NCBI GenBank assembly: GCA_002791275.1
Contig: PFWT01000009.1
Location: forward strand, 146,548 to 210,547
Source of the DNA: Candidatus Uhrbacteria bacterium CG_4_9_14_3_um_filter_41_35
Lineage (GTDB): Bacteria; Patescibacteriota; Patescibacteriia; UBA9934
Length of the DNA: 64,000 nucleotides
Reading direction: 5' to 3'
Shown here: positions 29,499 to 39,456 of the stretch, in pieces
Position numbering within the stretch: the first letter of the stretch is position 1
How the letters are laid out: each line of letters starts with the position of its first letter
Position numbers and translations under genes: made by a program
Notes under the pieces: model-generated
Told to the model about the DNA's origin: nothing
Databases searched by the model: none
Seen by the model: the letters and a program-made list of their open reading frames with translations, nothing else

Positions 29499-31187
29499 TT
29501 ATTCTTGAGTTACGCGCAAAACTTCTTCGAGCGTAGTTTCACCGGTTAATATTTTCTGTACCCCATCAAAAAGCATTGTGCTCATTCCCTGCTTAACCGC
29601 TATTTCTTTGACTTGATCGGCATCTTTATTACTCATTACCGCTTCTCTGATTTCATCTGTAACTGCCAAAAGTTCAAAAATTCCGGTTCGACCCTTGTAA
29701 CCTGTGTTTTTACAAATTTTACAACCCTGACCGTGAAAAACACGAATACCTGAAAGTGATTTCTTGCCGGTTACATCAGAAAAATATTTTTTTAAGTGCG
29801 GTAAATGGTTAATGGTTTTCAGTTCCTGCTCCGAAATATTCACACTTTTAATACAGTTCAAACAGATCCTTCTCACCAGTCGCTGGGCAATAACCACCAA
29901 AATTGTTGAAGAAACCAAAAAGTCTTCAACACCCATATCTTTAAGTCTTGGAAAGGCGGTTGCAGCGTCGTTTGTGTGTAAAGATGAAAAAACCAAATGC
30001 CCGGTCATCGCAGCGTTCACTGAGATATCTGCTGTTTCGCCGTCTCGAATCTCCCCCACCATAATAATGTCCGGATCCTGACGAACAATTGAACGCAATC
30101 CCTTGGCGAAAGTTAGGTTAGTTTTTGGGTTAACCTGAATCTGGCTAATACCATCAACATCATATTCAACCGGGTCTTCAATCGTGGCAATATTCACCTC
30201 GCGTTTGTTTAAAACCTTGAGCGCAGCGTAAAGCGTGGTACTTTTTCCTGAACCTGTTGGTCCAGTCACCAGGATCATACCCCAAGGTTTTTTGATAGCT
30301 TTTTTAAAAAGCTCAAAATGCGCCTCGCTTAAACCAAGATCCGTTAGGCTGAATTGACGAGTCTTCGCAGCAAGTAGTCGCATTACTGCTTTTTCACCGT
30401 TTGTGGTCGGCACAATTGACAAACGAATATCAATTTTGTCACCAAAATCGTTCGTATAGGAAATACGGCCATCCTGAGCTGCACGTTTTTCATCTGTCGC
30501 GAGTTTAGACAAAACCTTTAATCTGGTAATAACCGGGTCGTGAATTTTTTTAGGAAATTCTGCAATATCTTGCAAAATACCGTCGATTCTGAAACGAATC
30601 TGCGTAAACTCATCTTCGGGTTCAATATGAACATCACTAGTTCTAGTTTGATATGAATAATCAAAAATAGCATTAACAAGTTTTACAACAACTCCGTCCG
30701 AGTCATCGCTGTTTAAATCAGCGCCTTCGAGAATATTTTTAAAGGCAACCTTTGGATCTTTTTGAAAAAGGAATAAATTCGAAAGAATCTCACGTTCAGT
30801 TGAATAATAAAAAACCACCTCACGTCTTAAATATTTTTCAAGTAGAGCCTGTAAAGTAACGTCATGTGGGTTTGTAACTGCAAGGACTACCGAATCTTCG
30901 GTTTGTGAAATTGGCAGTAAATGTTTCTTTCGCGCAAAAGCTTCTGGAACTAAAAGAATAACATCGTCTTGTGGTTTTGTCTGTGCTGGATCGAAGTGCC
31001 GAACACCAAACCAAGACGCTACCAACTGACCAAGCTGGGCTTCGGTTAATGAACCATCTGAAACTAAAACACTGTCGATGCCTTTGGTTTTAGCACTTCG
31101 CGACTGCGCAGCTTTCATGAACTCCTCCCTTGTAACTCCACCCCCTTCAACCAGTGCCTCGTATAGTTGTTCTTTACTTAACACCAC
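29499..31187 (-). CDS. pilB: type IV pilus extension ATPase PilB (GspE family)
   Basis: GPTGSGKSTTLYA Walker A, Asp/His boxes and a C-terminal tetra-Cys motif CLNC..CKIC. Confidence 0.85.
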   Translation of the reverse strand: MVLSKEQLYEALVEGGGVTREEFMKAAQSRSAKTKGIDSVLVSDGSLTEAQLGQLVASWFGVRHFDPAQTKPQDDVILLVPEAFARKKHLLPISQTEDSVVLAVTNPHDVTLQALLEKYLRREVVFYYSTEREILSNLFLFQKDPKVAFKNILEGADLNSDDSDGVVVKLVNAIFDYSYQTRTSDVHIEPEDEFTQIRFRIDGILQDIAEFPKKIHDPVITRLKVLSKLATDEKRAAQDGRISYTNDFGDKIDIRLSIVPTTNGEKAVMRLLAAKTRQFSLTDLGLSEAHFELFKKAIKKPWGMILVTGPTGSGKSTTLYAALKVLNKREVNIATIEDPVEYDVDGISQIQVNPKTNLTFAKGLRSIVRQDPDIIMVGEIRDGETADISVNAAMTGHLVFSSLHTNDAATAFPRLKDMGVEDFLVSSTILVVIAQRLVRRICLNCIKSVNISEQELKTINHLPHLKKYFSDVTGKKSLSGIRVFHGQGCKICKNTGYKGRTGIFELLAVTDEIREAVMSNKDADQVKEIAVKQGMSTMLFDGVQKILTGETTLEEVLRVTQE

Positions 31188-31208
31188 ATGATTTTTTTAT
31201 ATTATAAC

Positions 31209-31237
31209 ATAAAAAAGTAGAGAGCCTGTGCTCTCTA
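31209..31237 (-). terminator. intrinsic terminator after response-regulator gene
   Basis: agagagc-ctgt-gctctct hairpin with a U-run on the minus strand. Confidence 0.55.
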
Positions 31238-31291
31238 TCCACTTTTTTATTTTTCTGTTTTAGTAGTCTCAATTTAAAATCTTGCCGTTGC

Positions 31292-31654
31292 CTAGATGTA
31301 AGATTTTATTTTTGCAACTACATCCTGAATTGATGCGTCTGACTTTACAATAAAATCTTTTGCACCAAGTAGTTTTGCTTTTTTAACATCTTCCTCTTGC
31401 CCTAGATTAGAAAGCACAATCACTGGAATTTTTTTAAGACTACTATCCTTTTGAATTGCCTCGAGCACGCTAAAACCGTCCAACTTAGGCATAATAAGGT
31501 CTAGTAAAACTAGCGTTGGGCTAATTTCTTTCATTTTTTTCAAACCCTCCTCTCCATTTAAAGAAAAATCCGCCTCAATTCCTTCTTTGTTTAGTTTTGT
31601 AGCATAAATCCTCGAAAGGAATTTATCATCTTCAATGATTAATACTTTGACCAT
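31292..31654 (-). CDS. single-domain response regulator (CheY-like receiver)
   Basis: IIEDD, the phospho-acceptor LLDLIMP, a KIPVIVLS block whose Ser is the conserved T/S and the conserved receiver Lys in FIVKS. Confidence 0.75.
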   Translation of the reverse strand: MVKVLIIEDDKFLSRIYATKLNKEGIEADFSLNGEEGLKKMKEISPTLVLLDLIMPKLDGFSVLEAIQKDSSLKKIPVIVLSNLGQEEDVKKAKLLGAKDFIVKSDASIQDVVAKIKSYI

Positions 31655-31731
31655 ATATATCGAATTCCTTTCTAGTATATCAGGTGTTAAAAATTATTAC
31701 TAATAAATCTCTGTGCACAGCACCAGAAAGC

Positions 31732-33396
31732 TTACCAACTTCCACCACCACCGCCACCCATTCCGCCACCTGAAGCTCCACCACCTGAAGAACCACTTGA
31801 TTTTGGTGTTATGTCCGAAGCTAAAGAAACCACAACTGCTTGGTTTAAATCCATAGCAATAGCTGAATAGTTTGTTAAGGCTGAATCTGATCTATACCAA
31901 TCAGGTTGTTTAAACTCAAGCCCGGCAAAAGCCTCTGCCCATTTAAACGTAAGACCAAATACAATTGCGGGTGGCAAGTGTTTCTCAAACATATTCTCCT
32001 CTTCCTGCCACTTTATTCGGTACTTTTCCGCTGTTCCTAAAAATAGTCTATACCCCATTACCAATCTAACAAGTTCAAGACCTTTTTCAGTAATTGTTGG
32101 CATTAAAAAACCGAAAACCACCGTAACCACACCTGACAATACAAAGAGCACTGTTGTTACTGGACCGTAAAGATTTCCCAGATTCACCCCTACAAATATC
32201 TGGATGATGCCAAAAAATATAAATAGACCAACAAACAGTAAAGATTTTTTCAAATAAATATTTTCAAGTTTTATCCTGTCTTGAACAAGTGTTGTAAGTT
32301 CTTTAAATTCAGTTTCAGTAATCGAGTTTTTTAGTTCCGTGTTCGTAACTGTCGACCTACCGTCAGCGAACAACAGATTAAACAAATAAGTATGCGCACT
32401 GTCTAAACCCAGACTCTCTCGTTTCTTTGTAAGTGTTACAACTTTAGCTGGTTTAAAAATCTTACCAAGCCCGCTTTTTTCCTCCTCCTGCACGCTAATC
32501 TGCAAGAAACCATTCACCGCCATAGTCACAATCATGGCGCTAACCTCAGGTTTCTTCATAAAGGGCGTGAGTATACCTGGCAAATATACTGCTTCTAAAT
32601 TATGAGGTGCCTCATATTCAGCAACCACTGCCCCCATTTTTTTATCTCGACCATACTTAAACCACATCAGACTAACGATAAATACGAGTAGCACCGGAAC
32701 CAGATTGATCAAATTATTCAGCAAACTTTGCCGAAGCTTCTCCCAAAAAGTTGGCTCCGCCACCACACCTTTTTCAAAACCTACCGCCACAGTTAAATAA
32801 TCCTTCGCAGCAAACGCCGCCACGCTACCGTCGGTAGCAATTCCGCAGTCAGAACTTGTTGAACCCGAGGCACCGGTATAACAGCTCGTTTGTAAAACCT
32901 GAGCACCACCCGGAAGTCTCACAATTGCAGAAGACGTTTTGATCGGCACCTCCCAAGTGTCGCCAGTTACATTCCAGTAAATCTCATCAAAATCATTAAA
33001 GAATAGCACCCCTTTTTCAACTTTATAATCAATCGTGTAGGTGTGGTCGTTTAAAATTGTAATATCAGGATCTCCAATCTTTATATAATGCTCCTTAGAA
33101 TTTCTCGATTCTGAAAATTGGGCAGTTTTTCCGTCCACTAAAACATCACCTAGCTTAAAACCAATCTTTATTCGATTATTAAATTCATCCTTGTAGGCTA
33201 CTGGAATAACTCGGAAAATTCCGTGTTTTTCTACATTGAAATTCACAGAAATATTTTCAGAAACCTGTAAACTACCATCTGAATTTAAATCAATAATTGC
33301 ATCAAATTTTTCAATCGACCAGTCTTCTGCTGGAGTCTGCGCAAAAACTAACTGCGGAAACAATAATAATCCAAAAATTAGAAGCAGTTTTTTCAT
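31732..33396 (-). CDS. DUF2207-family membrane protein
   Basis: Signal peptide, extracellular domain, TM cluster, and a C-terminal Gly-rich tail SGSSGGGASGGGMGGGGGGSW, which is typical of DUF2207. Confidence 0.6.
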   Translation of the reverse strand: MKKLLLIFGLLLFPQLVFAQTPAEDWSIEKFDAIIDLNSDGSLQVSENISVNFNVEKHGIFRVIPVAYKDEFNNRIKIGFKLGDVLVDGKTAQFSESRNSKEHYIKIGDPDITILNDHTYTIDYKVEKGVLFFNDFDEIYWNVTGDTWEVPIKTSSAIVRLPGGAQVLQTSCYTGASGSTSSDCGIATDGSVAAFAAKDYLTVAVGFEKGVVAEPTFWEKLRQSLLNNLINLVPVLLVFIVSLMWFKYGRDKKMGAVVAEYEAPHNLEAVYLPGILTPFMKKPEVSAMIVTMAVNGFLQISVQEEEKSGLGKIFKPAKVVTLTKKRESLGLDSAHTYLFNLLFADGRSTVTNTELKNSITETEFKELTTLVQDRIKLENIYLKKSLLFVGLFIFFGIIQIFVGVNLGNLYGPVTTVLFVLSGVVTVVFGFLMPTITEKGLELVRLVMGYRLFLGTAEKYRIKWQEEENMFEKHLPPAIVFGLTFKWAEAFAGLEFKQPDWYRSDSALTNYSAIAMDLNQAVVVSLASDITPKSSGSSGGGASGGGMGGGGGGSW

Positions 33397-33397
33397 A

Positions 33398-34435
33398 TTA
33401 TTTTAAATATTTGTTTTTATTGGTAATGTGCTGATCAAAAGTTACACCATAAAAAACTTCACCTTTTGCGTCGGTTAAAAAGTAATAATAATCGTTTGTT
33501 TTTGGTGAAACCGCAGCTTTTAGCGAATCAATTCCAGGGTTCGAGATCGGTCCAGGTGGCAAACCGGTGTTTAAATAAGTATTGTACGGCGACTCAATAT
33601 CGCGATCAGCTAGTGAAATTGATGGTGTATTATTCCCTGTAAAATAGTTCACGGTTGAATCCATTTGAAGTGGCATCCCTATTTTTAGACGTTTATAGAT
33701 AATATCCGCAACCTGTGGAATGTCTTGACTCGTTCGCACTTCTCTTTCCAGAATCGAAGCTGTTGTTAATAGTTCATGCAAATTGGAAATCTCTGACTGA
33801 AATTTAAAATCTGAATTGAACGCTCCAGTATCTACCAAGCGATTTTCCATAGTATCCAGCATCACTTCCACTATATCTTCTGCGGTTGCCTCAACGAAAA
33901 AACGGTAAGTATCTGGAAAAAGGTAGCCTTCAAGATCAACACCAGCTGGTTTTTGTGCAGTTAGAACAAAATTGTGATTATTAAGTGGTGAGTTTACGCC
34001 TGTCATTACACTCCACTCCTCTGGGGTGATATTGAATTTTTCGGCAACAAGTTCACCCATTTGTTTTACTGTGTAACCTTCCGGAAAAGTAATAGAAACC
34101 TCTTCGGAGTTTGGCGCCACCATTAGCGTCTTCATAATGTCGGAGTAGCTCATGCCCGGTTTTAATTCAAAAACACCAGCCTTAAGGTCAGACGCTGTTC
34201 CGTTTATAATCGTATAAAACTTAAACCAATTTTTGCTGTTGATGATATGTTGTTCCGCTAAATCATCTGCTATTGAGGAGAAACCCGCACCAGCCTCTAC
34301 AGTATAAAGGACTGTTTCAGCATCCTTGGTAGGTGATTGAAACCAGAAGTGATAAGACTGCCAGGCTACAAATCCACCAGCAAGCAAAATACTAAAGAGT
34401 AAAATACCAATACAAGATAATAATTTTTTGATCAT
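33398..34435 (-). CDS. mltG: endolytic murein transglycosylase MltG (YceG family)
   Basis: N-terminal TM helix and YceG-like domain. Confidence 0.75.
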   Translation of the reverse strand: MIKKLLSCIGILLFSILLAGGFVAWQSYHFWFQSPTKDAETVLYTVEAGAGFSSIADDLAEQHIINSKNWFKFYTIINGTASDLKAGVFELKPGMSYSDIMKTLMVAPNSEEVSITFPEGYTVKQMGELVAEKFNITPEEWSVMTGVNSPLNNHNFVLTAQKPAGVDLEGYLFPDTYRFFVEATAEDIVEVMLDTMENRLVDTGAFNSDFKFQSEISNLHELLTTASILEREVRTSQDIPQVADIIYKRLKIGMPLQMDSTVNYFTGNNTPSISLADRDIESPYNTYLNTGLPPGPISNPGIDSLKAAVSPKTNDYYYFLTDAKGEVFYGVTFDQHITNKNKYLK

Positions 34436-34935
34436 AAATACTCTGCAATTACAGCTATTAAAATACCAATTACTCCCCCAGCAAGAAGATCTGAGAGGTA
34501 GTGAACACCCACAAATAATCTGGTAACGACAATTATACTAGTAAATACTAAAATTATCGAGGCAACTAGCCAAGTTAGCGAATTTCCGTGACTGAGTTTA
34601 ATTAATAGAAGTGCAAGTGAAGTCGCAAACGCAAAGCCAACTGATGCGTGGAGAGACGGAAAAGACCATTTCAGCATTGCCTTGTAACTTGTTTTAATAA
34701 CTTCAGGTCTTGGTCGTTTTATAATCCATCTAAGAATGAGTACACCAAAAAAACTAACAATTACTGAGATTATTAGATCGTAAAACAACTCCAGATTACG
34801 AAGCTGATATAGTAAAATTATCGCATACGCAGTTAAGAACCAGAAGCCGAATCTCGATAAAAAAGACCAGAAAGCAAAATGCTTCTTTCCAAAGCTATGA
34901 ATCCTTTTTGACATTTCTAAATCCAAATTGTACAT
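34432..34935 (-). CDS. PAP2-family phosphatase (undecaprenyl-diphosphatase-like)
   Basis: KRPRP, PSLH and SRLFVGVHYLSD acid-phosphatase motifs. Multi-TM. Confidence 0.75.
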   Translation of the reverse strand: MYNLDLEMSKRIHSFGKKHFAFWSFLSRFGFWFLTAYAIILLYQLRNLELFYDLIISVIVSFFGVLILRWIIKRPRPEVIKTSYKAMLKWSFPSLHASVGFAFATSLALLLIKLSHGNSLTWLVASIILVFTSIIVVTRLFVGVHYLSDLLAGGVIGILIAVIAEYL

Positions 34936-35015
34936 AAATTCATTGTACAGGTAATCATAAAACTAGCGAAGGTTTTCTCAGCGGATAAAAATATGGATAA
35001 TTCAGGAATTACCAG

Positions 35016-35046
35016 ACAAAAAAACCGCCAAAGGGCGGTTTTAAAA
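35016..35046. terminator. bidirectional intrinsic terminator
   Basis: aaccgcc-aaag-ggcggtt hairpin flanked by an A-run and a T-run. Confidence 0.6.
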
Positions 35047-35916
35047 TTACTCTGGTCGATACTCTCGTTTGCAGGTTAAAATCCCCTCTTTATCTGAAAC
35101 CTGTAAATCGTACACTGTGGTGCAAGACTCGATTAATGTCTTATCGTTAACTGCAGTGTCTAAAATATAATAATTCCAAGTGCTATGCCCGTCTTCACCA
35201 AAACTATTTGAAATAAATGGCAAGCCTTCTAAATAGTCAGGGATAAACTTGTAGTCAAAACTTACGATTGGCACAGAAGTTACCTGTTCAAGTTTTAGAT
35301 CCTTATAACTTGATGAAATATTATAGATTTTTAGTTCCTGTTTACCCTGTTCAGCTATCAAATAAGTATTTTTAACTCCAGAACAAATTTCAAGGACACC
35401 ATCTAAACTTTTATTGTTTGCAAGTGCCTCAATTGCGTTAAAAAATCGCTCTGGACTTTGGACTACTCCTGATATTTGCTCTGCGATATCTTGCTTTTCA
35501 AGTTCTGTAAAACTTCGCGGGTCAACTGAACCAACATAATCCTTTGCGTTTACAATACTATTGAAAGATAAACACTCAGAGTTGCGCTTTTCCTCTCTCT
35601 CGGCTCTTTTGTTTGATAAATAAGTTTTGCGATCAGGTCCTGTACTTTCCTTAAAGTCAACTTTTGAAATAACCTGCGTAAAAGGATTCACCACTGCAAC
35701 ATTACTACTAAACACGGCCTCTGAAGCAATATATTTAAGTTCCTCCTCCAGCTGATTCTTCTGTTCGTCAACCGTTGGTGGGTTCCAGTAAAGTGCGTTC
35801 ATGACTACAATGAACATTAGAAAAATAATAAACAGAATCATGAACAGAATCGACAAAACTGTTCCGTTAAACTCGTGCTCGTGCTCAGGTGTGTGCTCGT
35901 GTTTATTTATTTTCAT
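35047..35916 (-). CDS. membrane-anchored hypothetical protein (His-rich N-tail, single TM, extracytoplasmic domain)
   Basis: HEHTPEHEHE N-tail and one TM helix. The C-terminal domain is weakly similar to the two paralogs downstream. Confidence 0.55.
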   Translation of the reverse strand: MKINKHEHTPEHEHEFNGTVLSILFMILFIIFLMFIVVMNALYWNPPTVDEQKNQLEEELKYIASEAVFSSNVAVVNPFTQVISKVDFKESTGPDRKTYLSNKRAEREEKRNSECLSFNSIVNAKDYVGSVDPRSFTELEKQDIAEQISGVVQSPERFFNAIEALANNKSLDGVLEICSGVKNTYLIAEQGKQELKIYNISSSYKDLKLEQVTSVPIVSFDYKFIPDYLEGLPFISNSFGEDGHSTWNYYILDTAVNDKTLIESCTTVYDLQVSDKEGILTCKREYRPE

Positions 35917-35919
35917 ATT

Positions 35920-36735
35920 TTAGTTTAAACACATCTCGCGATTTTCTTTAAAACTATACGTAATATCACCATTTTCCAAAACTGATTTCTGGTAAACACC
36001 CACCAATATACACGAATTATTCACCCAGTTTATAGAGACTTTTTTAAATGGATCATTAAAATCAGGTTCCCTATCCGTAAGCGACTCATCATTTTTAAGT
36101 TCGCCTACAACTGTTATGTTACCTTTGTTAAAATTATACACCAAAATCTGGTTTTCTAAATAATCATTATATAGTTTATCTGAAATATCTGAGCTAAACA
36201 CCACTGTCTGACTTTGATCTGGAGACAAAATGCCGGACTGACTTCTAAGACCAGTTTCAGAAACATCACCAGTTTTTAGGTTAACCTCCGACACTGCAGA
36301 GAAAAAATCTGCTTCATCTCGAATTAAAGAAACGTAAATTCGTCCATCAAAACCAACCTGGGGCACAGCTACTAAACTTGAAATTCCTGGCCAATCAAGC
36401 GCTAATTCGGATTCAAGTCCAGTTTTTCTGTCTATGCTAACCACTTTAGGCTTTCCGTCTAGCCCTCTAAACGAAGTCGTAAAAAGTGGGATCTGCGACT
36501 CTTTGCTGTTCATTAATTTCTCAGCATTATTTAAATCGTTTTGCAGTGCAATAATCTCATTTTTAGCGGTATCAATTTCAGTGTACTTAACCTTCGTCAC
36601 GTAAACTGCCAAAATAAGTAATACAGAGACAATGCCAAACATACTCAAAGATAACCCAGTGTAAAATCTACACCTTACTGGACACTTCATTTTTACAAAT
36701 GTCTTATTTCGAGTTGTTTGCATTCCCTCCTCCAT
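35920..36735 (-). CDS. membrane-anchored protein, paralog pair member (Cys-rich N-tail + TM + coiled coil + PD40-like domain)
   Basis: MKCPVRCRF N-tail and a TM helix. ENQILVYNF and VAVPQVGFDGRIYV align with ENQILLFDL and FAVPKLDYDGKIF of the adjacent gene. Confidence 0.6.
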   Translation of the reverse strand: MEEGMQTTRNKTFVKMKCPVRCRFYTGLSLSMFGIVSVLLILAVYVTKVKYTEIDTAKNEIIALQNDLNNAEKLMNSKESQIPLFTTSFRGLDGKPKVVSIDRKTGLESELALDWPGISSLVAVPQVGFDGRIYVSLIRDEADFFSAVSEVNLKTGDVSETGLRSQSGILSPDQSQTVVFSSDISDKLYNDYLENQILVYNFNKGNITVVGELKNDESLTDREPDFNDPFKKVSINWVNNSCILVGVYQKSVLENGDITYSFKENREMCLN

Positions 36736-36739
36736 AAAA

Positions 36740-37585
36740 TTACTCTATACAAAATTCGCGCCATTCTTTATGCCGCCTGACCTGCACTGTAGCTCCTGGC
36801 TCAGCACCTTCACTCGTGTCTGGCTCGTTACTTACTGCGTAGATACGGACATTTGCGCACGTTGGGCTTAACCAATGCACCTGAATATCTCGTAAATTCG
36901 CAAAACGAGCATTTGGCGCTGCAGCGTCCAAATCTTCACCATCACGATAAGTTCCCAAAACCGAAACCTTTTCAGTAACTAAATCAAAAAGCAAAATCTG
37001 ATTTTCCTTGTAATCAACCTTTAAAACATTGTCCAAAAACTCCACCCCAGTAACCAAATATCTTTCACTTGGCGAAACTGTATTATCGGTTGCGTTTGAA
37101 GCAACACTTATTCCCGTTGTTTTACTTATCTCAGTTGCTACGTCAAAAACGTTTACCTCTCTTGACGGCAAATCGCCATCAACTGGCCCCATAACTGTAA
37201 AAATTTTTCCATCGTAATCTAATTTTGGCACCGCAAAAACTACCCTATTGCCAGTAATAATCTCTTTTGATTCGTTAAGTTCTGGGTCATACATTAAAAT
37301 TCCGCTTGAATAACCAGTTGCTTCGTCTACTGCATTGTAAAAAAGTGGGGTTGGACCTGGTAAGTTATCTATTTCAACGTTTTTGAGCCCCAGATCTAAC
37401 TCTAGCCCCTGAACCTGAGTTTCTAGTTCCTTCACTTTACTCGCACTTCCAGTATTTTGAAACCAAAGAACAAGTGAACTTATTCCTGCCACTACAAAAA
37501 GGGCAATGAACGAAAAACCGATTTTTTTCCAGCCGGTCCCACACTTAGGACAAGCTTGCGACGTTGGTGTACCCAGTGTTGCCAT
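36740..37585 (-). CDS. membrane-anchored protein, paralog of 35920..36735
   Basis: CPKCGTGW N-tail, TM helix and coiled coil. Clear collinear similarity to the neighbouring gene. Confidence 0.6.
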   Translation of the reverse strand: MATLGTPTSQACPKCGTGWKKIGFSFIALFVVAGISSLVLWFQNTGSASKVKELETQVQGLELDLGLKNVEIDNLPGPTPLFYNAVDEATGYSSGILMYDPELNESKEIITGNRVVFAVPKLDYDGKIFTVMGPVDGDLPSREVNVFDVATEISKTTGISVASNATDNTVSPSERYLVTGVEFLDNVLKVDYKENQILLFDLVTEKVSVLGTYRDGEDLDAAAPNARFANLRDIQVHWLSPTCANVRIYAVSNEPDTSEGAEPGATVQVRRHKEWREFCIE

Positions 37586-37688
37586 ATTATTTTTTTAAAT
37601 TAAAATCTTTGCAAAGGTTCAGTTAACTTAAAATTAATTGAACAAAAGTTTGCTTTGTTTCTACCTCCTTTTATTCTGCATGTTTTTA

Positions 37689-39317
37689 TTATACCAGAGG
37701 AACGCCCGACATTTCAGGTGGCTGTGGAATACCCATAATTTTGAGCATCGTCGGCGCTACATCAGCCAGCATACCAATCGGTGGCATTAAACTTAAATCA
37801 CCATTTGGCACATCACCCGCCATACTTGCCTGACCTTCAAACTGATTCCCGATAATAAACAATGGGATCGGGTTCGTACTATGTTCCTTATCAATATCAC
37901 CTGTTTGTAAATTCAAAACTTCCTCACCATTTCCATGGTCAGCGGTAATCAAAACCACTCCATCGTGTTTTAGAACTTCGTCCACCACTCTTCCTACAGC
38001 TCCATCCAAAAATTCATGAGCTTTAATAGTTGCCTCAACGTTTCCGGTATGCGCCACCATATCAGAGTTCGCAAAGTTCATAATAATTGCGTCGTAGTTA
38101 TTGGTTTTTATTTCTTTAATAACTCGTTCAGATAATTCACCCGCCGACATTTCCGGTTGTTGATCATAGGATTCAACCTTTGGTGAAGGAATAATTACCC
38201 TATCTTCATTAGGAAAAGCTGTTTCGATTAAGCCATTAAAGAAAAAGGTAACGTGAGCGTACTTTTCCGTTTCAGCAATGTGCAATTGAACCATTCCAGC
38301 GTTTGAAAGCACTTCAGCTAAACAATTTTTTATAAGCACAGGCGGATACGCAACCTCTACTGGCAACCCCTTTTCGTACTCCATCATAGTAACAAAAACC
38401 AAATCCTGAATATAGATTCGCTGGAACTTGTCGAAAGACGGCAGTGTAAAAGCCTTTGTTATCTGCCGGGATCTATCTGGTCTAAAGTTAAAATTAATCA
38501 CTGAATCGCCTGATTTTATAGTTGCGACCGGCTGACCATTTTTGGTAATCACTGTTGGCACGATCTCCTCGTCGTAAACCTCTTTCGCGTAAGACGCCTT
38601 TATTGCTTCAATCGGATCCTCAGCCATTGAAACTGATTGCCCAAGCACCATTGCGTTGTAAGCTTTCTCCTCTCGATCCCAGCGGTTATCCCGATCCATC
38701 GCGTAATACCGACCCGAAAGTGAGGCAATTCTACCGATGCCAATTTCCTGAATCTTCCCCTGTAGCTCATTAAGATATTCAAGTCCAGAATTATACAAAC
38801 TATCACGGCCGTCCATAAAACAGTGGATCGCGACGTCTTTCACCCCCTGATCTTTCGCAAGTTGCATTAGTGCGTAACAGTGAATATTATAGCCGTGCAC
38901 TTTTCCTGAAGACATAATCCCCATAAGGTGCAAGGTCCCCCCAGACTTTTTTGCGTGATCAATCGCTTTCAAAAACGCCTCGTTTTCAAAAAACGACCTG
39001 TCTTTGATTGCACGCTCAATCCTAGGTAATGACTGATAAAACACTCGCCCAGTTCCGGCTGTAAGATGCCCAACCTCAGAGTTACCCATTTCCCCCCACA
39101 TAAGTCCAACCGTTTCACCAGCCGCCCGAATTGTCATCACTGGGTAGCGTTTCTTAAATTCATCAAATCTTGGCATTTTTGCCCGAGTTACCGCGTTACC
39201 TTCACCGTCTGGCGCAATTCCAAAACCGTCGAGCATCATAAGCACAACCGGCCGTGGTCTCGCCGGGCTTGCAGTAATTGGCTGGATAATTTGAGGCTGA
39301 TTTTGTTCATCTGACAT
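37689..39317 (-). CDS. gpmI: 2,3-bisphosphoglycerate-independent phosphoglycerate mutase
   Basis: LMMLDGFG, GNSEVGHL and DGRD motifs. The start is probably MSDEQNQ (the ORF track extends to 39359). Confidence 0.85.
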   Translation of the reverse strand: MSDEQNQPQIIQPITASPARPRPVVLMMLDGFGIAPDGEGNAVTRAKMPRFDEFKKRYPVMTIRAAGETVGLMWGEMGNSEVGHLTAGTGRVFYQSLPRIERAIKDRSFFENEAFLKAIDHAKKSGGTLHLMGIMSSGKVHGYNIHCYALMQLAKDQGVKDVAIHCFMDGRDSLYNSGLEYLNELQGKIQEIGIGRIASLSGRYYAMDRDNRWDREEKAYNAMVLGQSVSMAEDPIEAIKASYAKEVYDEEIVPTVITKNGQPVATIKSGDSVINFNFRPDRSRQITKAFTLPSFDKFQRIYIQDLVFVTMMEYEKGLPVEVAYPPVLIKNCLAEVLSNAGMVQLHIAETEKYAHVTFFFNGLIETAFPNEDRVIIPSPKVESYDQQPEMSAGELSERVIKEIKTNNYDAIIMNFANSDMVAHTGNVEATIKAHEFLDGAVGRVVDEVLKHDGVVLITADHGNGEEVLNLQTGDIDKEHSTNPIPLFIIGNQFEGQASMAGDVPNGDLSLMPPIGMLADVAPTMLKIMGIPQPPEMSGVPLV

Positions 39318-39421
39318 AGTGAAACTATTATACCAGATTCTGAAGAAAATTAACCTCAAAAGTCAACGGTGAGTTTTGATTATTAACAGACAAATCTCAA
39401 AGTATCGAGTTCTTAATATAC

Positions 39422-39450
39422 AAAAAAACTGCCCGAAGGCAGTTTTATTA
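39422..39450. terminator. bidirectional intrinsic terminator
   Basis: aactgcc-cgaa-ggcagtt hairpin followed by a T-rich tract. Confidence 0.55.
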
Positions 39451-39456
39451 AATAGA

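Noticed and set aside
34948-34968. TGTACAAT direct/inverted repeat at the PAP2 gene start as an operator
   Set aside because: One copy overlaps the start codon and TGTACA is self-palindromic. It could be chance in AT-rich DNA.
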